Source of the DNA: an uncultured Ruficoccus sp.
Lineage (GTDB): Bacteria > Verrucomicrobiota > Verrucomicrobiia > Opitutales > Cerasicoccaceae
Assembly: GCA_965140785.1 (NCBI GenBank)
Contig: OZ223475.1
Span: forward strand, 128,001-192,000
DNA: 64,000 bases
Reading direction: 5' to 3'
Of the stretch, positions 42,060 to 52,200 are shown one piece after another. Below the pieces are notes generated by a model. That model was not told the DNA's origin. It ran no database searches and worked only from the letters and a program-made list of their open reading frames with translations. How positions within the stretch are numbered: the stretch's first letter is position 1; each line of letters starts with the position of its first letter. Both the position numbers and the translations under genes were made by a program.

Positions 42060-42262
42060 AATGCGTCTGCGTGCAACTGGATTACTTTAACTGAGCCTTA
42101 ACTAGCAAATGGATAAAGTTGCTGTTTGCTGGTAATCAGCGACTTAGGTGGTAGTGCCCACGTCCAGCCACCTTCAATCGCCTTAGCTGGGCCTTAATTG
42201 GAAAACTTCTTTTCGTGTTAGTTAGCGACTTATGAATGCGAGTCCACGCCCCGACACCTCCA
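42060..42262 (+). repeat. att-like boundary units 3a and 3b in tandem
   Basis: Arm CTTTAACTGAGCCTTAACTAG, AATCAGCGACTTA, core CCACGTCCAGCCACCTTCA (to 42176); then CCTTAGCTGGGCCTTAATTGG...GCGAGTCCACGCCCCGACACCTCCA (to 42262). Confidence 0.75.
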
Positions 42263-42316
42263 GCCGGGGAAATATGGGCTTGTCGTCACTCGACACTCAC
42301 GAAAAAGTAATCCGCT

Positions 42317-43411
42317 GTGAGTAAAGCGGCCAAGCCTACAAAAACGTCAAACCGGGCCATCGCATGTCGTACCGGGATGACGATCCGGCAGTTTGCGGAG
42401 CGTATCGGATTTTCGTATGTGACGGTTTCCCGGGCGATCAACGATCATCCGCTCGTCAGCAGCGAAACCAAGGAGCGGATTTTCCAGGCAATGGACGAGT
42501 ATGGCTTTCGCCCGAATCCGTTGGCCCGTGGGCTGAGGGGAGGCGGTTCGGGGTTGATCGGAGTGTGCTTTGTCGATCTGCATTTACCGATTCTTGAGAG
42601 TAAGCTGTACTGGCTGCAGAAATTCCTGCGGGCTGAGCGCTTACGTGGACTGGTGGAGATATCCGAGCGCAGTCCCGAAAGCGAAACACGTATTATCCGC
42701 GACTTTTTGCAAATCGGCGTGCAGGGTGTGATCCTTGTCAATTCAACCCTCGGTCCGGAGGAGAGCCGGCGGCTCTGCAAGGGGGTGGCCGCCGTCCATG
42801 CAGATCCGATGATCGTCCAAGATATGCCGTCCGTGGTGCCGGACCGGTACGCAGCGACCCAGCGCCTGCTCCAGATACTTTACGATCTGGGGCATCGCCG
42901 CTTCGCGTTGCTGGGTTTCGACGAAAGCAATGAGAGCCGCTGGCCGCCGATCAGCGATCTGGCCCGTCAGCTCGACCTGGACCTCAAACGTGATTTTGTC
43001 ATCATCCCCAAAACCGGAACCGCGCAGTCGATTTCAGCCGGGCGCGAGATGGCTCTGCGCCTGCTCGCATCAGGCCCACCTCCCACGGCGGTTATCGCAT
43101 TAAATGACGAAGTCGCCCTTGGGGCCATTCTCACTTTTCTCGAGCAAGGGTGGCGCGTCCCCGAAGACATTTCTGTGACGGGATTTGACAACCTGGAAAT
43201 CGCACGGGAATTGCACCCGACGATCACCACCGTCGAGCAATACCCCGAGATGCTGATGCGCTACACCGTAGAGCTTTTAATTCAGGAAATCGGGGCAGAA
43301 CCCACCGCTCGCGGAGCCAAACCTGTCCGGCGTGTGGATTTGCAAGTGATTGAAGGAGAATCCACTGCAAACGCTTCTGCCCGTGCCTCTGCCGCGTCCG
43401 TGCGCTCGTGA
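42317..43411 (+). CDS. LacI-family transcriptional regulator
   Basis: TIRQFAERIGFSYVTVSRAIN, FRPNPLARGL and RVPEDISVTGFDN. Confidence 0.94.
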   Translation: MSKAAKPTKTSNRAIACRTGMTIRQFAERIGFSYVTVSRAINDHPLVSSETKERIFQAMDEYGFRPNPLARGLRGGGSGLIGVCFVDLHLPILESKLYWLQKFLRAERLRGLVEISERSPESETRIIRDFLQIGVQGVILVNSTLGPEESRRLCKGVAAVHADPMIVQDMPSVVPDRYAATQRLLQILYDLGHRRFALLGFDESNESRWPPISDLARQLDLDLKRDFVIIPKTGTAQSISAGREMALRLLASGPPPTAVIALNDEVALGAILTFLEQGWRVPEDISVTGFDNLEIARELHPTITTVEQYPEMLMRYTVELLIQEIGAEPTARGAKPVRRVDLQVIEGESTANASARASAASVRS

Positions 43412-43444
43412 TTTTTTGCTTGAAGGAGGAGTGAATGCGTGCAA

Positions 43445-43460
43445 TGTTAAACGTATATCA
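43445..43460. promoter_or_regulatory. Candidate LacI operator TGTTAAACGTATATCA
   Basis: Imperfect palindrome centred on CG; its core recurs inverted (ATACGTTTA) at 44199-44207 before the next gene. Confidence 0.5.
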
Positions 43461-43502
43461 TTTGTATGTCTTCAACAACCTCAACCGCAAGAAAACCCTA
43501 CT

Positions 43503-44192
43503 ATGATGACCCCAAAACTCCTCACCGCACTCGCGATCACCACGCTGTGCTTATCTCCTCTGCGCGCCTTTGTCGTCTCCTCGATCAGTACAAGTGCGCC
43601 GACCGAAAACATCGTTTTCAGCCAACCTGACTATACGAGCGGTCTCGGATGGTTTAATACCGATACGAGTCGTCGTGATGTCGGTCAGTCCTTCTTGGCT
43701 ACGAGCAATTTTACCTTGGAGGCCATCACCTATACGATGGGAGGTTTCTTTTCTTCGACCACGTCCACGTCGGACTACACAATCAACATTTATTCAACAA
43801 GTTCGCTCGAGGCCGCGCCGAACACCGGGACTCTTGTCAGCAGCCAGAGTGGAACCTTTACCTTTGAGGACCAGGATGGTGGTAATGACACCTTCCTGAC
43901 TTTCGATATCGAAGACGTCTCTCTGTCTTCCGGTAAGTACTACACGATCATGCTTGTTTTGGATGATAACATTGCCGGTAATTCGATCACGCTGAAGCAG
44001 AGCAGTGGCAGCGTCTACGCTGACGGTTATCGCTGGCTCTATAACGGTACGGACTACAGCAGCAGCACGACGTCCGATATGACCCTCTACCTGACCGGGT
44101 CGACGATTCCGGAGCCCTCTGGTGCGATGATCTTTCCGGCGATCGGCGGCTTGCTGGCTGTGCTGATCTGGAAGCGCAAGCAGCGGGCTTAA
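43503..44192 (+). CDS. PEP-CTERM surface protein
   Basis: Signal peptide; IPEPSG + transmembrane helix + KRKQRA. Confidence 0.92.
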   Translation: MMTPKLLTALAITTLCLSPLRAFVVSSISTSAPTENIVFSQPDYTSGLGWFNTDTSRRDVGQSFLATSNFTLEAITYTMGGFFSSTTSTSDYTINIYSTSSLEAAPNTGTLVSSQSGTFTFEDQDGGNDTFLTFDIEDVSLSSGKYYTIMLVLDDNIAGNSITLKQSSGSVYADGYRWLYNGTDYSSSTTSDMTLYLTGSTIPEPSGAMIFPAIGGLLAVLIWKRKQRA

Positions 44193-44231
44193 CCCGGAAT
44201 ACGTTTAGTTCCTCAAATATCCTATTTACCC

Positions 44232-45956
44232 ATGAGCGTTGCAAAAGCTTATTTTGCAGCGACAGCGTTGCTGTCGCTGGTGTCGGCCTCAGCCGATGAG
44301 CGGAGCTGTGATTTACCCTCAGCGGAGACTGCCTTTGAGGTTGTGCAGTCCAGCGCGACGACGGTGATCCCGGCGGGTACTTATCGGGTGGAGGAGGGGG
44401 GTATCCGCCTCAAAGGGTTGCGTGACGCCGTCATTGACGCGCGTGGGGTGACGCTACTGGCCTCCGATCACCGCTCAAGTGCCCTGACGATCAGCGATTG
44501 CGAAAACCTGACCTTGCGCGGCTTCACGCTCGACTACGATCCTTTGCCGTTTACGCAGGGTACGATTACTGCGGTTGATCCGGACAAGCGTACGGTGGAC
44601 ATCGCCCTGCACGCGGGCTACCCGGCGCTTTCGACCTTTGAGAAGCTGCGCCCGCTCAATCTCTTTGATCCGGACGGACGCTGGAAGATCGGCGTTCCAG
44701 AGTACTATATGAAGAAGATCGAGGATCTGGGTGGGCATCAGGCGCGGGCCTACTTTTCCAAGGGGGCGGGCGGCTTTGATCTCTTTACGGTTGGGGATAA
44801 GGTGGCCATGAACGTGCGCGGTTTTGCCGGGATCAAGATCACGGATTGTTCCAGCGGTATTCGGCTGGAGAACGTGACCATCTACGCCGCACCGGGGATC
44901 GCCGTGATCGTGCGCTTTGCCGAGGATGGAGGGGCACTGGAGCGGGTGCGTGTCGTTCCGGGTCCTCCGCCGGAGGGTGCGACAGAGCCGCGTTTACTAT
45001 CCTCCTCGGCCGACGCGCTGAATGTCGCTTACACGCGGGGAGGGCTGGTTGTGAGCGGATGCGAATTTTCCCACATGGGCGACGACTCCATCAACCTGCA
45101 TGGGGTGGCGCTGCCGGTGCTGAAGTGGATCGACCATAAAACCTTTCTGACCATGCGCCCGTACGCCGGAGAGGACTTCGATAAACTGCTGCATGCCGGG
45201 GACGAAATCCATTTCCTGTCGGACACCGACTACAGTCAGTTGCAAACCGCACGCCTGGCCCAGGCCCGCAAGACGGAGGAGAAAGCTGAGGATTGGGCTG
45301 ACGCGTTGAAAAAATTCTGGCCGCACGCTTCCAAGCACAATGAATCGAGCTTCTTCGTTATTGAGCTGCAGGAGCCGGTAGCGGATGTTCCCGCCGGAAG
45401 CTACACAGAAGTGCCCGCGACGAACGCCTCGGGCTTCACCATCCACGATAACTACTTCCACGATCACCGGGCGCGGGGACTGCGCCTGATGAGTACGGAT
45501 GGCGTGGTAGAGAACAACCGCTTCGAGCGGATAAAGGGCGTGGCGATCAGCCTGGGGCCGCAGTTTACCTATTGGGCTGAGGCCGGTTGGTGCTCGGACA
45601 TCACCATCCGCGGAAACACGATCCTCGATGTGGGCGAAGGGGCTGCCATTTGTTCAGCCGAGAGTGAGACGCTGGGTGCGATCTCCATCGCCTGTCGTAT
45701 GCTGACACCCGAGGCGACGAACAATCTTCCCGCCGGTAACCACAACATCACCATCACGGATAACCTGATCGACGGCTGCTCGGTGGCGGGCATCAGCGTA
45801 AGCGCCGCCCGTGATGTCGTGATCACCGACAACACGATCCGTCGGGTCAACCAGCGGGCTTGTCCCGAGGCTGGAAGTCGGCAGGGACTTCACTCTGAGG
45901 ACCCGATCACGGTCATTCAGGCCGAGGTCACGATTGAAGGAAACACGGTCGAGTAA
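44232..45956 (+). CDS. Secreted right-handed beta-helix enzyme, GH110-like
   Basis: LDYDPLPFTQGTITAV, LLSSSADALN and CEFSHMGDDSINLHG; parallel beta-helix repeats. Confidence 0.8.
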   Translation: MSVAKAYFAATALLSLVSASADERSCDLPSAETAFEVVQSSATTVIPAGTYRVEEGGIRLKGLRDAVIDARGVTLLASDHRSSALTISDCENLTLRGFTLDYDPLPFTQGTITAVDPDKRTVDIALHAGYPALSTFEKLRPLNLFDPDGRWKIGVPEYYMKKIEDLGGHQARAYFSKGAGGFDLFTVGDKVAMNVRGFAGIKITDCSSGIRLENVTIYAAPGIAVIVRFAEDGGALERVRVVPGPPPEGATEPRLLSSSADALNVAYTRGGLVVSGCEFSHMGDDSINLHGVALPVLKWIDHKTFLTMRPYAGEDFDKLLHAGDEIHFLSDTDYSQLQTARLAQARKTEEKAEDWADALKKFWPHASKHNESSFFVIELQEPVADVPAGSYTEVPATNASGFTIHDNYFHDHRARGLRLMSTDGVVENNRFERIKGVAISLGPQFTYWAEAGWCSDITIRGNTILDVGEGAAICSAESETLGAISIACRMLTPEATNNLPAGNHNITITDNLIDGCSVAGISVSAARDVVITDNTIRRVNQRACPEAGSRQGLHSEDPITVIQAEVTIEGNTVE

Positions 45957-45970
45957 GCCAAGTTTACCCC

Positions 45971-47635
45971 ATGTTCACGATGAAACCCCACCTGATGCTC
46001 CTCGCCCTGATCGGCTGTTGTGCCTGCCTGAGTGCCCCCGCAGCAGACGTTACGTCCCGCTCGATTGCCGGGCTGCCTCTGATCGAGAAAAACGTGTCCA
46101 ACGCGGTTGCGCCCACTGACGCCAAGGGAATGGCCTGGCGCTGGAGCCCGGAGGGTCGCCGCGATGTCGGACAGACTTTTGAAGTGATCGAGCCGTTCAC
46201 GGCACGGGAGCTGGCCATCGAGATACGTTCGTCCATGAAAGACGCCCGTCCCGAGGCCCCTTTCTCTCTGGTTTTCACCCGTTGCGATCCGACCGGTTCG
46301 ATTACGGGTGCACCTATCGCAACATTCACCGGTGTGCTCCCCGGGGCTGCTGAGAAGCTCAGGAGCGGGTGCTGGCTGGACTTGACCTTCCCGCCTTTGC
46401 CTCTGGAGCCGGGCCGCTACGCGTTTGTTCTCAGCTTCACCGATGGGCCTCTGCCAGGGCAGGGGGCGGTTTTCGTCGTCGATGGTGCCAGGCAGGCCGA
46501 GCAAACGGGGCTGCGCGGGATAGGTGGACAGAGCACTCATTATAAGGTCAGTGCGCCCTTGAGTTTTATTCTCTCATCGGGAGCGAGTGTCCTGGACACG
46601 CACGAGCCGCGCGAACTCCTTGTCGATCAGCGCGGTGGCGCTCCCTACCGGACGCTGCGTGCGGCGGTGGCCGACGCGAAGCCGGGAGACACCATCCGGC
46701 TGGCCCAAGGCAGCGGCCCGTACCGTGAGATCCTTTATATCCCGCAATCCGGGACGCCAGAAGCCTGCATCACGGTGGACGGCTCTGGCGAGACGGTGAC
46801 GGGCTTTGAGCCGCTGGAAGGATTTGTGCGGGACGGTCAGGTGTGGACGTGCGATCTGACACCTTACCTTTCAAGGATCAAGCATGTGCAGGGCTTTACC
46901 CTGAAGGACGGGCGTTGGCAGAGCGAAGTTTTCCCGGCAGCCTTCCCGTCCGTGCTGACCTACCGCGGCGAACGCCTGCGGCAGGATGCGATCAGCGGTG
47001 ATTTCACGCGGTACGCGCACCTGAGTGATGATGGTCAGGCGCTCGTGCTGGAGGACGGTGTTTCGCCCGAGGGGTGGGAAATCGCGCTACGGCCCTTTGC
47101 GGTGCGTGTCCTCAATGCCTCCCACCATTGCTACCGGAACCTCCGCGCCTCGGGCAGTCTCAACGACGGATTTAACCTCCACGGTAACGGTGAAGACCTG
47201 CGTTTCGAGCACATAGAGGGGTTTCAAAACATCGACGAGGGCTTTTCCGCACACGACGATATCCGCTGCTCGATTGTGGGCGGCAAGTTCTGGGACAACG
47301 ATAACGGCCTCTACGGCGGCCAGGCTGAGATCGTCCTGAAGGATGTGGATATTTATGACAACCTCGGCTTTGGTTTCGGCATCACAAAGGGGGAAGGAAA
47401 CTTGGCGAAGGTGCGCATTTGGGGCAACGGGATCTGCCAGTTTATTCAGTCTCCCGGCACCCGCCTGAGCTGCGAGGATGTCGAGGTCTATGCGTTGGGT
47501 AACCCTGGACGCCAGTGGATTTCCGTGCAGGAGTCGCGCCGCTGGGCGGAGCCCGTCCAGACCCGTATCGATGTGACCGGTCCCGGTGCCGCCGAACTCA
47601 ACCTGCTCCCTTCAACCACTCCGGCCAAGCTCTGA
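45971..47635 (+). CDS. Secreted two-domain protein with C-terminal beta-helix (pectin-lyase-like fold)
   Basis: PYRTLRAAVADAKPGDTIRL, NDGFNLHG and DEGFSAHD. Confidence 0.78.
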   Translation: MFTMKPHLMLLALIGCCACLSAPAADVTSRSIAGLPLIEKNVSNAVAPTDAKGMAWRWSPEGRRDVGQTFEVIEPFTARELAIEIRSSMKDARPEAPFSLVFTRCDPTGSITGAPIATFTGVLPGAAEKLRSGCWLDLTFPPLPLEPGRYAFVLSFTDGPLPGQGAVFVVDGARQAEQTGLRGIGGQSTHYKVSAPLSFILSSGASVLDTHEPRELLVDQRGGAPYRTLRAAVADAKPGDTIRLAQGSGPYREILYIPQSGTPEACITVDGSGETVTGFEPLEGFVRDGQVWTCDLTPYLSRIKHVQGFTLKDGRWQSEVFPAAFPSVLTYRGERLRQDAISGDFTRYAHLSDDGQALVLEDGVSPEGWEIALRPFAVRVLNASHHCYRNLRASGSLNDGFNLHGNGEDLRFEHIEGFQNIDEGFSAHDDIRCSIVGGKFWDNDNGLYGGQAEIVLKDVDIYDNLGFGFGITKGEGNLAKVRIWGNGICQFIQSPGTRLSCEDVEVYALGNPGRQWISVQESRRWAEPVQTRIDVTGPGAAELNLLPSTTPAKL

Positions 47636-47641
47636 TCCGTC

Positions 47642-48289
47642 ATGATACGCGCCCGTCACACATCCCCGTCTGGCTTCACGCTGGTTGAGCTGCTGACTGC
47701 AATCGCAGTTATTGCCGTGTTGGGGGCGATTCTCATCGCGGCCATGCCGGCGGCTTCCCGCAGTGCGCATCGCACCGAGTGCGCAAGCAACCTGCGGCAA
47801 CTGGGGCAGGTGTTTAGCCTTTACGCCATTGATCACAGCGGGATGCTTCCGGCGCCCAAGGACAATTATCTGAACGAGAATGCCCCCTCGGTCTCTTGGA
47901 TGACCATTGCTCAGGAGTACATTGAGGCGAGGTTTCCCAAGGTGGGCGAACGGAATATCCTGTTATGCCCATCCGCGCAAGACACCTTCCCGGACGGCAA
48001 GGCGCGCCGCAGCTACGGCATGAACGCGGCGGGCACCGATGGGAAAACGCCATTCCGGCTCTCCTCGATCGATGACCCCGCGCAGACGCTGCTGCTCGCC
48101 GACACCCGTGAGAACGGGGCGGGGCAGGGCGACGGGGTCAGCCGTTTCGGGATCAACAACTACAGCACGACCGTGGAGTTCCGGCATGACGGCCAGCTCA
48201 ACGCCCTGTTTTTCGACGGGCATGTCGAATCCATCGACGAGAATGATCCCGCCAAGCTCCGTAAGTACGTCGAGAACTTGATTCCCTGA
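47642..48289 (+). CDS. Prepilin-type N-terminal cleavage protein with H-X9-DG motif
   Basis: GFTLVELLTAIAVIAVL, CASNLRQLG, SYGMN and RHDGQLNALFFDGHVE. Confidence 0.92.
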   Translation: MIRARHTSPSGFTLVELLTAIAVIAVLGAILIAAMPAASRSAHRTECASNLRQLGQVFSLYAIDHSGMLPAPKDNYLNENAPSVSWMTIAQEYIEARFPKVGERNILLCPSAQDTFPDGKARRSYGMNAAGTDGKTPFRLSSIDDPAQTLLLADTRENGAGQGDGVSRFGINNYSTTVEFRHDGQLNALFFDGHVESIDENDPAKLRKYVENLIP

Positions 48290-48297
48290 TTTTTACC

Positions 48298-49761
48298 ATG
48301 AACGACATTGTTACGACTGAGCCGCAAACGGCCTCCGCAATCACCAAGCAACTGATGCCGCTGGACAACTACAGCGACTCCGAGGCCAGCGCATGGACCG
48401 GCGAGAAAGTCCGCGTGAAGATCGCCTATATCGGCGGCGGCAGCCGCGAGTGGGCGGTGAAGTTGATGGCCGATCTCGCACTCTCTGATCGTATCTGCGG
48501 TCAGCTTGATCTCTACGATATCGACGCCTCCGCCTGTGCGCAGAACAAGGCATTGGCTGACGCGGTTTTTGCGCACGAGCAGGCCCGCACGCGTTTTGAG
48601 GTGCGTGTAGCCCCCGACTTGGACTCCGCCCTGCGGGACGCTGACTTCGTCATCGTATCCATCGAACCGGGACCGGTCACGCACCGCCATGCGGACCTGG
48701 AGATACCCGCGCGCTATGGGGTGCTCCAAACGGTGGGCGACACCACCGGACCGGGCGGTGTCCTGCGGGCCATGCGGAGTGTGGCGACGTTTGAGCAGTT
48801 CGGGCGCAGCATCGCGGAGTGCTGCCCGGAGGCCTGGGTGATCAACTACACCAATCCGATGGCAGTTTGTACCGCCTCGCTCTTCCGTTATGCGCCGCAG
48901 TTGAAAGCCTTCGGATGCTGCCATGAAGTGTTCGGCACGCAGGAGATGCTGGCGAAAAAAGTGGCGCAGTGGTTCGATGTTCCGGTGCCCGCGCGGACAC
49001 AGATCCAACTGGAAATCGCCGGGGTCAACCACTTCACCTGGGCGACAGCGGCACGCTGGCGCGGCCATGATTTGTTCCCCTACCTGGAGAAGCTGGTAGG
49101 CGATGACACGCTGTTCGCTTCGCGCTTGGAGGATGCTCAGCAGAAGGTTAAGGATGGAAAGTGGTTCTCGTCGCACCACCTGGTGGCACTGGATCTGTTC
49201 CGTCGCTTTGGAGCGCTCGGGGCCGCCGGAGACCGGCATCTGTCCGAGTTTCTGCCGTGGTACTTGACGAGCGAGGAAGAGCTGCACCGTTGGGGCGTGC
49301 TTCGCACGCCTTATGCCTGGCGGGTTGAGCGTACCCAGGGGCCTCGCAAGCAGGCCGACGAAGTTTTTTCGGATGCGCTATCGGCCTCAGGTGAGGAGGG
49401 CGTGCTCCAGATGGAGGCTCTTCTCGGCCTGCGTGAACTGACGACGAACATCAACCTGCCCAATCGCGGGCAGCTCCCCTGTGCTCCCAAAGGAGTCGTG
49501 GTTGAGACCTATGCGTCCTTCCGGGAAAACGCCATCTGCCCGCTCATGGCGGGTGAGGCACCTGCCGGTGTGCGCGCATTGATCGCCGATGCCGCTCACC
49601 AGCAGGAGGTGCTTTTAGAAGCGCTCTTCAATCGCCGCCTGGAAGCTGCCTTTGAGGCGATGCTTCTGTCGCCCCTGGTCACGATCCCGACGGACAAGGC
49701 CCGAGCGATGTTCCAGGAGATGGTCGCGGCAGTGGAGCCCATGCTCGGAGACTGGCGTTAG
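48298..49761 (+). CDS. GH4 NAD-dependent glycosidase, alpha-galacturonidase (LplD-like)
   Basis: IAYIGGGSREW, QTVGDTTGPGG and INYTNPM, plus the CHEV motif characteristic of GH4 alpha-galacturonidases. Confidence 0.88.
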   Translation: MNDIVTTEPQTASAITKQLMPLDNYSDSEASAWTGEKVRVKIAYIGGGSREWAVKLMADLALSDRICGQLDLYDIDASACAQNKALADAVFAHEQARTRFEVRVAPDLDSALRDADFVIVSIEPGPVTHRHADLEIPARYGVLQTVGDTTGPGGVLRAMRSVATFEQFGRSIAECCPEAWVINYTNPMAVCTASLFRYAPQLKAFGCCHEVFGTQEMLAKKVAQWFDVPVPARTQIQLEIAGVNHFTWATAARWRGHDLFPYLEKLVGDDTLFASRLEDAQQKVKDGKWFSSHHLVALDLFRRFGALGAAGDRHLSEFLPWYLTSEEELHRWGVLRTPYAWRVERTQGPRKQADEVFSDALSASGEEGVLQMEALLGLRELTTNINLPNRGQLPCAPKGVVVETYASFRENAICPLMAGEAPAGVRALIADAAHQQEVLLEALFNRRLEAAFEAMLLSPLVTIPTDKARAMFQEMVAAVEPMLGDWR

Positions 49762-49867
49762 CGCCCGTTCGGTCCCCCCCCACAAACATTGACGGCAAGT
49801 CCGCGCCGGTGGTGACACCGCAGCGCGTGGGCTTTGCCATGCAAACTCAAAGAGAAGAAGACATTGG

Positions 49868-51817
49868 ATGAGACTGGAAACGATTGATTGGGTTATTGTG
49901 GGCTTGGCGCTCGCAATCGTTGCAGGGGCGGCCCTGTATACGAAGCGTTACCTCAGGAGCGTGGTTGACTACATGGCCGGTGGGCGCTGTGCCGGGCGTT
50001 ACATGCTGTGCGCCGCCCGCGGGGAAATGGCCTCCGGCGCGGTGGTGTTTGTCTCTCTGTTTGAGATTTTCAGCAACTCCGGGTTCACGTTGGTATGGTG
50101 GCAATGGTTAAGTTTTCCGGTCATCATCCTCGTCGCGGTGTCCGGCTTTGTCATCTACCGCTACCGCGAAACGCGGGCGCTGACGCTGGCTCAGTTTCTG
50201 GAGATGCGCTATAACAAGAGCCTCCGTGTTTTCTCCGGTATCCTGAGCTTTTTCGCGGGGATTCTGAACTTCGGGATCATCCCGGCCGTGGGGGCGCGGT
50301 TCTTCGTTTACTTTATCGGCCTGCCCACGCAGACACCGATCTTCGGTTTCAGCGTGCCGACGTTTGTCATTGTAATGGTCTTGCTCATGAGCGTGACGAT
50401 TTTTCTCACCCTCTCGGGCGGGCAGATATCCGTCATGGTCTCGGACTGCATCTCCGGGCTGATGGACCAGTGGCTGTTTCTCATCATAACAGTGGTGCTG
50501 ATGGGGATGTTTACCTGGTCGCAGGTGACGGATGTGATGCTGGTTCAGCCCGAGCCCGGGCACTCGCTCATGAACCCTTTCGATGCGATGGGACTGGACG
50601 ACTTTAACCTGTGGTATGTCCTCATGGAAATGACGCTGGCAGTGTATGGCACGATGGCCTGGCAGAATGCCAGCGCCTACAACTCCGCCGCGCTCAACCC
50701 GCACGAATCACGGATGGGCAACGTGCTCGGGCGCTGGCGTGAGTTCGGGCGGATACTGGCGATCACCGTGCTGGCCATCGCCGGCATGACCTACCTCGGG
50801 CATTCGGACTTTGCGCACGACGCGGCCTCAGTGCGCGACATTCTCAGCAATATGACGAATGAGCGTCTGCAAGGCCAGATGACGATCCCGACGGCTCTCT
50901 CGTTTCTGCTCCCGGTGGGCATCAAGGGGCTTCTGTGTGCCGTGCTCATCACGGGCGTCTGGGGTGGCGACACGACACACCTGCACTCTTGGGGCGGCAT
51001 TCTGGTGCAGGACGTGATAATGCCCCTGCGCCGCAAACCCTTTAGCCAGAAGGCGCACATCTTGGCCCTGCGCCTGAGCATGTTTGGCGTGGGGCTGTTT
51101 GCCGTGCTCTTCGGAGCCTTTTTCACACAGACTGAGTACATCACCATGTGGTTCAAGATCACCACGGCGATCTTTGTCGGTGGGGCTGGGTCGGTGATCA
51201 TCGGCGGACTCTACTGGAAAAAAGGCACCGCCGCCGGGGCCTGGACCGCGATGCTCAGCGGCTCCCTCCTGGCGACTTCAGGTATCCTCGTACGTCAGGT
51301 CTATCCGGACTTCCCGCTCAACCCGGTGCAGATTTCGTTCGGTTCGGCCCTGATCTCGATCAGCCTGTACGTGGTTGTTTCGCTGATAACCTGTAAGGAG
51401 GACTTTAACATGGACCGCATGCTCCACCGTGGCAGGTATGCGGTGGGGGAGGTAGAATCTCCTGAACAGCAGGCTGACGATTCTGTGCCCCCGACGAAAA
51501 AGAAGTTTAGCTGGTTGAAGCTGATTGGGGCGGAGGGTGACTATCCCGTAGCGGACCGTTGGATTTCTGGTATCATTACCGGATGGCTCATGACGCTGAC
51601 CGGTATTATGATCGTCGGAACCATATGGAATCTTATCTCGCCCTGGTCTGACGAAACCTGGTCCACATTTTGGCTGTGGCTGGGGATTGTGATCCCGCTG
51701 GCTATTAGTGTCTGTACTGCGGTCTGGTTCACCATCGGAGTCGTACGTGACTTGCGGGTATTTTTCCGTTTACTCAAATCTGAAAATGTGAACGAACACG
51801 ACGATGGTACCGTCTGA
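49868..51817 (+). CDS. Sodium:solute symporter family protein
   Basis: Many transmembrane helices; DYMAGGRCAGRY and YRYRETRALTLAQFLEMRY. Confidence 0.88.
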   Translation: MRLETIDWVIVGLALAIVAGAALYTKRYLRSVVDYMAGGRCAGRYMLCAARGEMASGAVVFVSLFEIFSNSGFTLVWWQWLSFPVIILVAVSGFVIYRYRETRALTLAQFLEMRYNKSLRVFSGILSFFAGILNFGIIPAVGARFFVYFIGLPTQTPIFGFSVPTFVIVMVLLMSVTIFLTLSGGQISVMVSDCISGLMDQWLFLIITVVLMGMFTWSQVTDVMLVQPEPGHSLMNPFDAMGLDDFNLWYVLMEMTLAVYGTMAWQNASAYNSAALNPHESRMGNVLGRWREFGRILAITVLAIAGMTYLGHSDFAHDAASVRDILSNMTNERLQGQMTIPTALSFLLPVGIKGLLCAVLITGVWGGDTTHLHSWGGILVQDVIMPLRRKPFSQKAHILALRLSMFGVGLFAVLFGAFFTQTEYITMWFKITTAIFVGGAGSVIIGGLYWKKGTAAGAWTAMLSGSLLATSGILVRQVYPDFPLNPVQISFGSALISISLYVVVSLITCKEDFNMDRMLHRGRYAVGEVESPEQQADDSVPPTKKKFSWLKLIGAEGDYPVADRWISGIITGWLMTLTGIMIVGTIWNLISPWSDETWSTFWLWLGIVIPLAISVCTAVWFTIGVVRDLRVFFRLLKSENVNEHDDGTV

Positions 51818-51866
51818 GTGTTGATTCTGGTTTGACCCGTTTCCCGCATTCAAGGAGTGAGGCAGC

Positions 51867-52200
51867 ATCTCGGCTATCCCAAGCTGAGCACTTCGAGCAT
51901 CAAGGACGCAATAACAAGATCATCGAGCCGGACGCGGGGCCCCTTTCACAATCAGGGCTCGATCCGAAAAATCGTATACCTCGGCGGGCTCCTGAATCAC
52001 TCCTACCGCGAGCCATTACCGAAAATTGAGGAAGAGGAGGGGAGGGCTGCATGAGCTTTACCGGCAGTTACTTTTCTTCAAAAAATGCCCGAGTTCGATG
52101 CTCGGGCGACTCCTTTCCCATCGACTCATAGGCCCTCAATCGGCAAAATCATGGGTGTATGATTTCGCCCTCCAACCTGCAAACGAAAGGACTCTTGGCA
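51867..52200 (+). pseudogene. Internally deleted rve transposase remnant plus its 3' end
   Basis: LGYPKLSTS fused to the C-terminal ...LGGLLNHSYREPLPKIEEEEGRAA; 3' region near-identical to 4474-4619. Confidence 0.85.

Noticed and set aside
42060..42262. CRISPR array or integron attC array
   Set aside because: The repeats are too degenerate and are spaced by kilobases. There are no cas genes, no RYYYAAC/GTTRRRY attC boxes and no evident IntI-specific features in the integrase.
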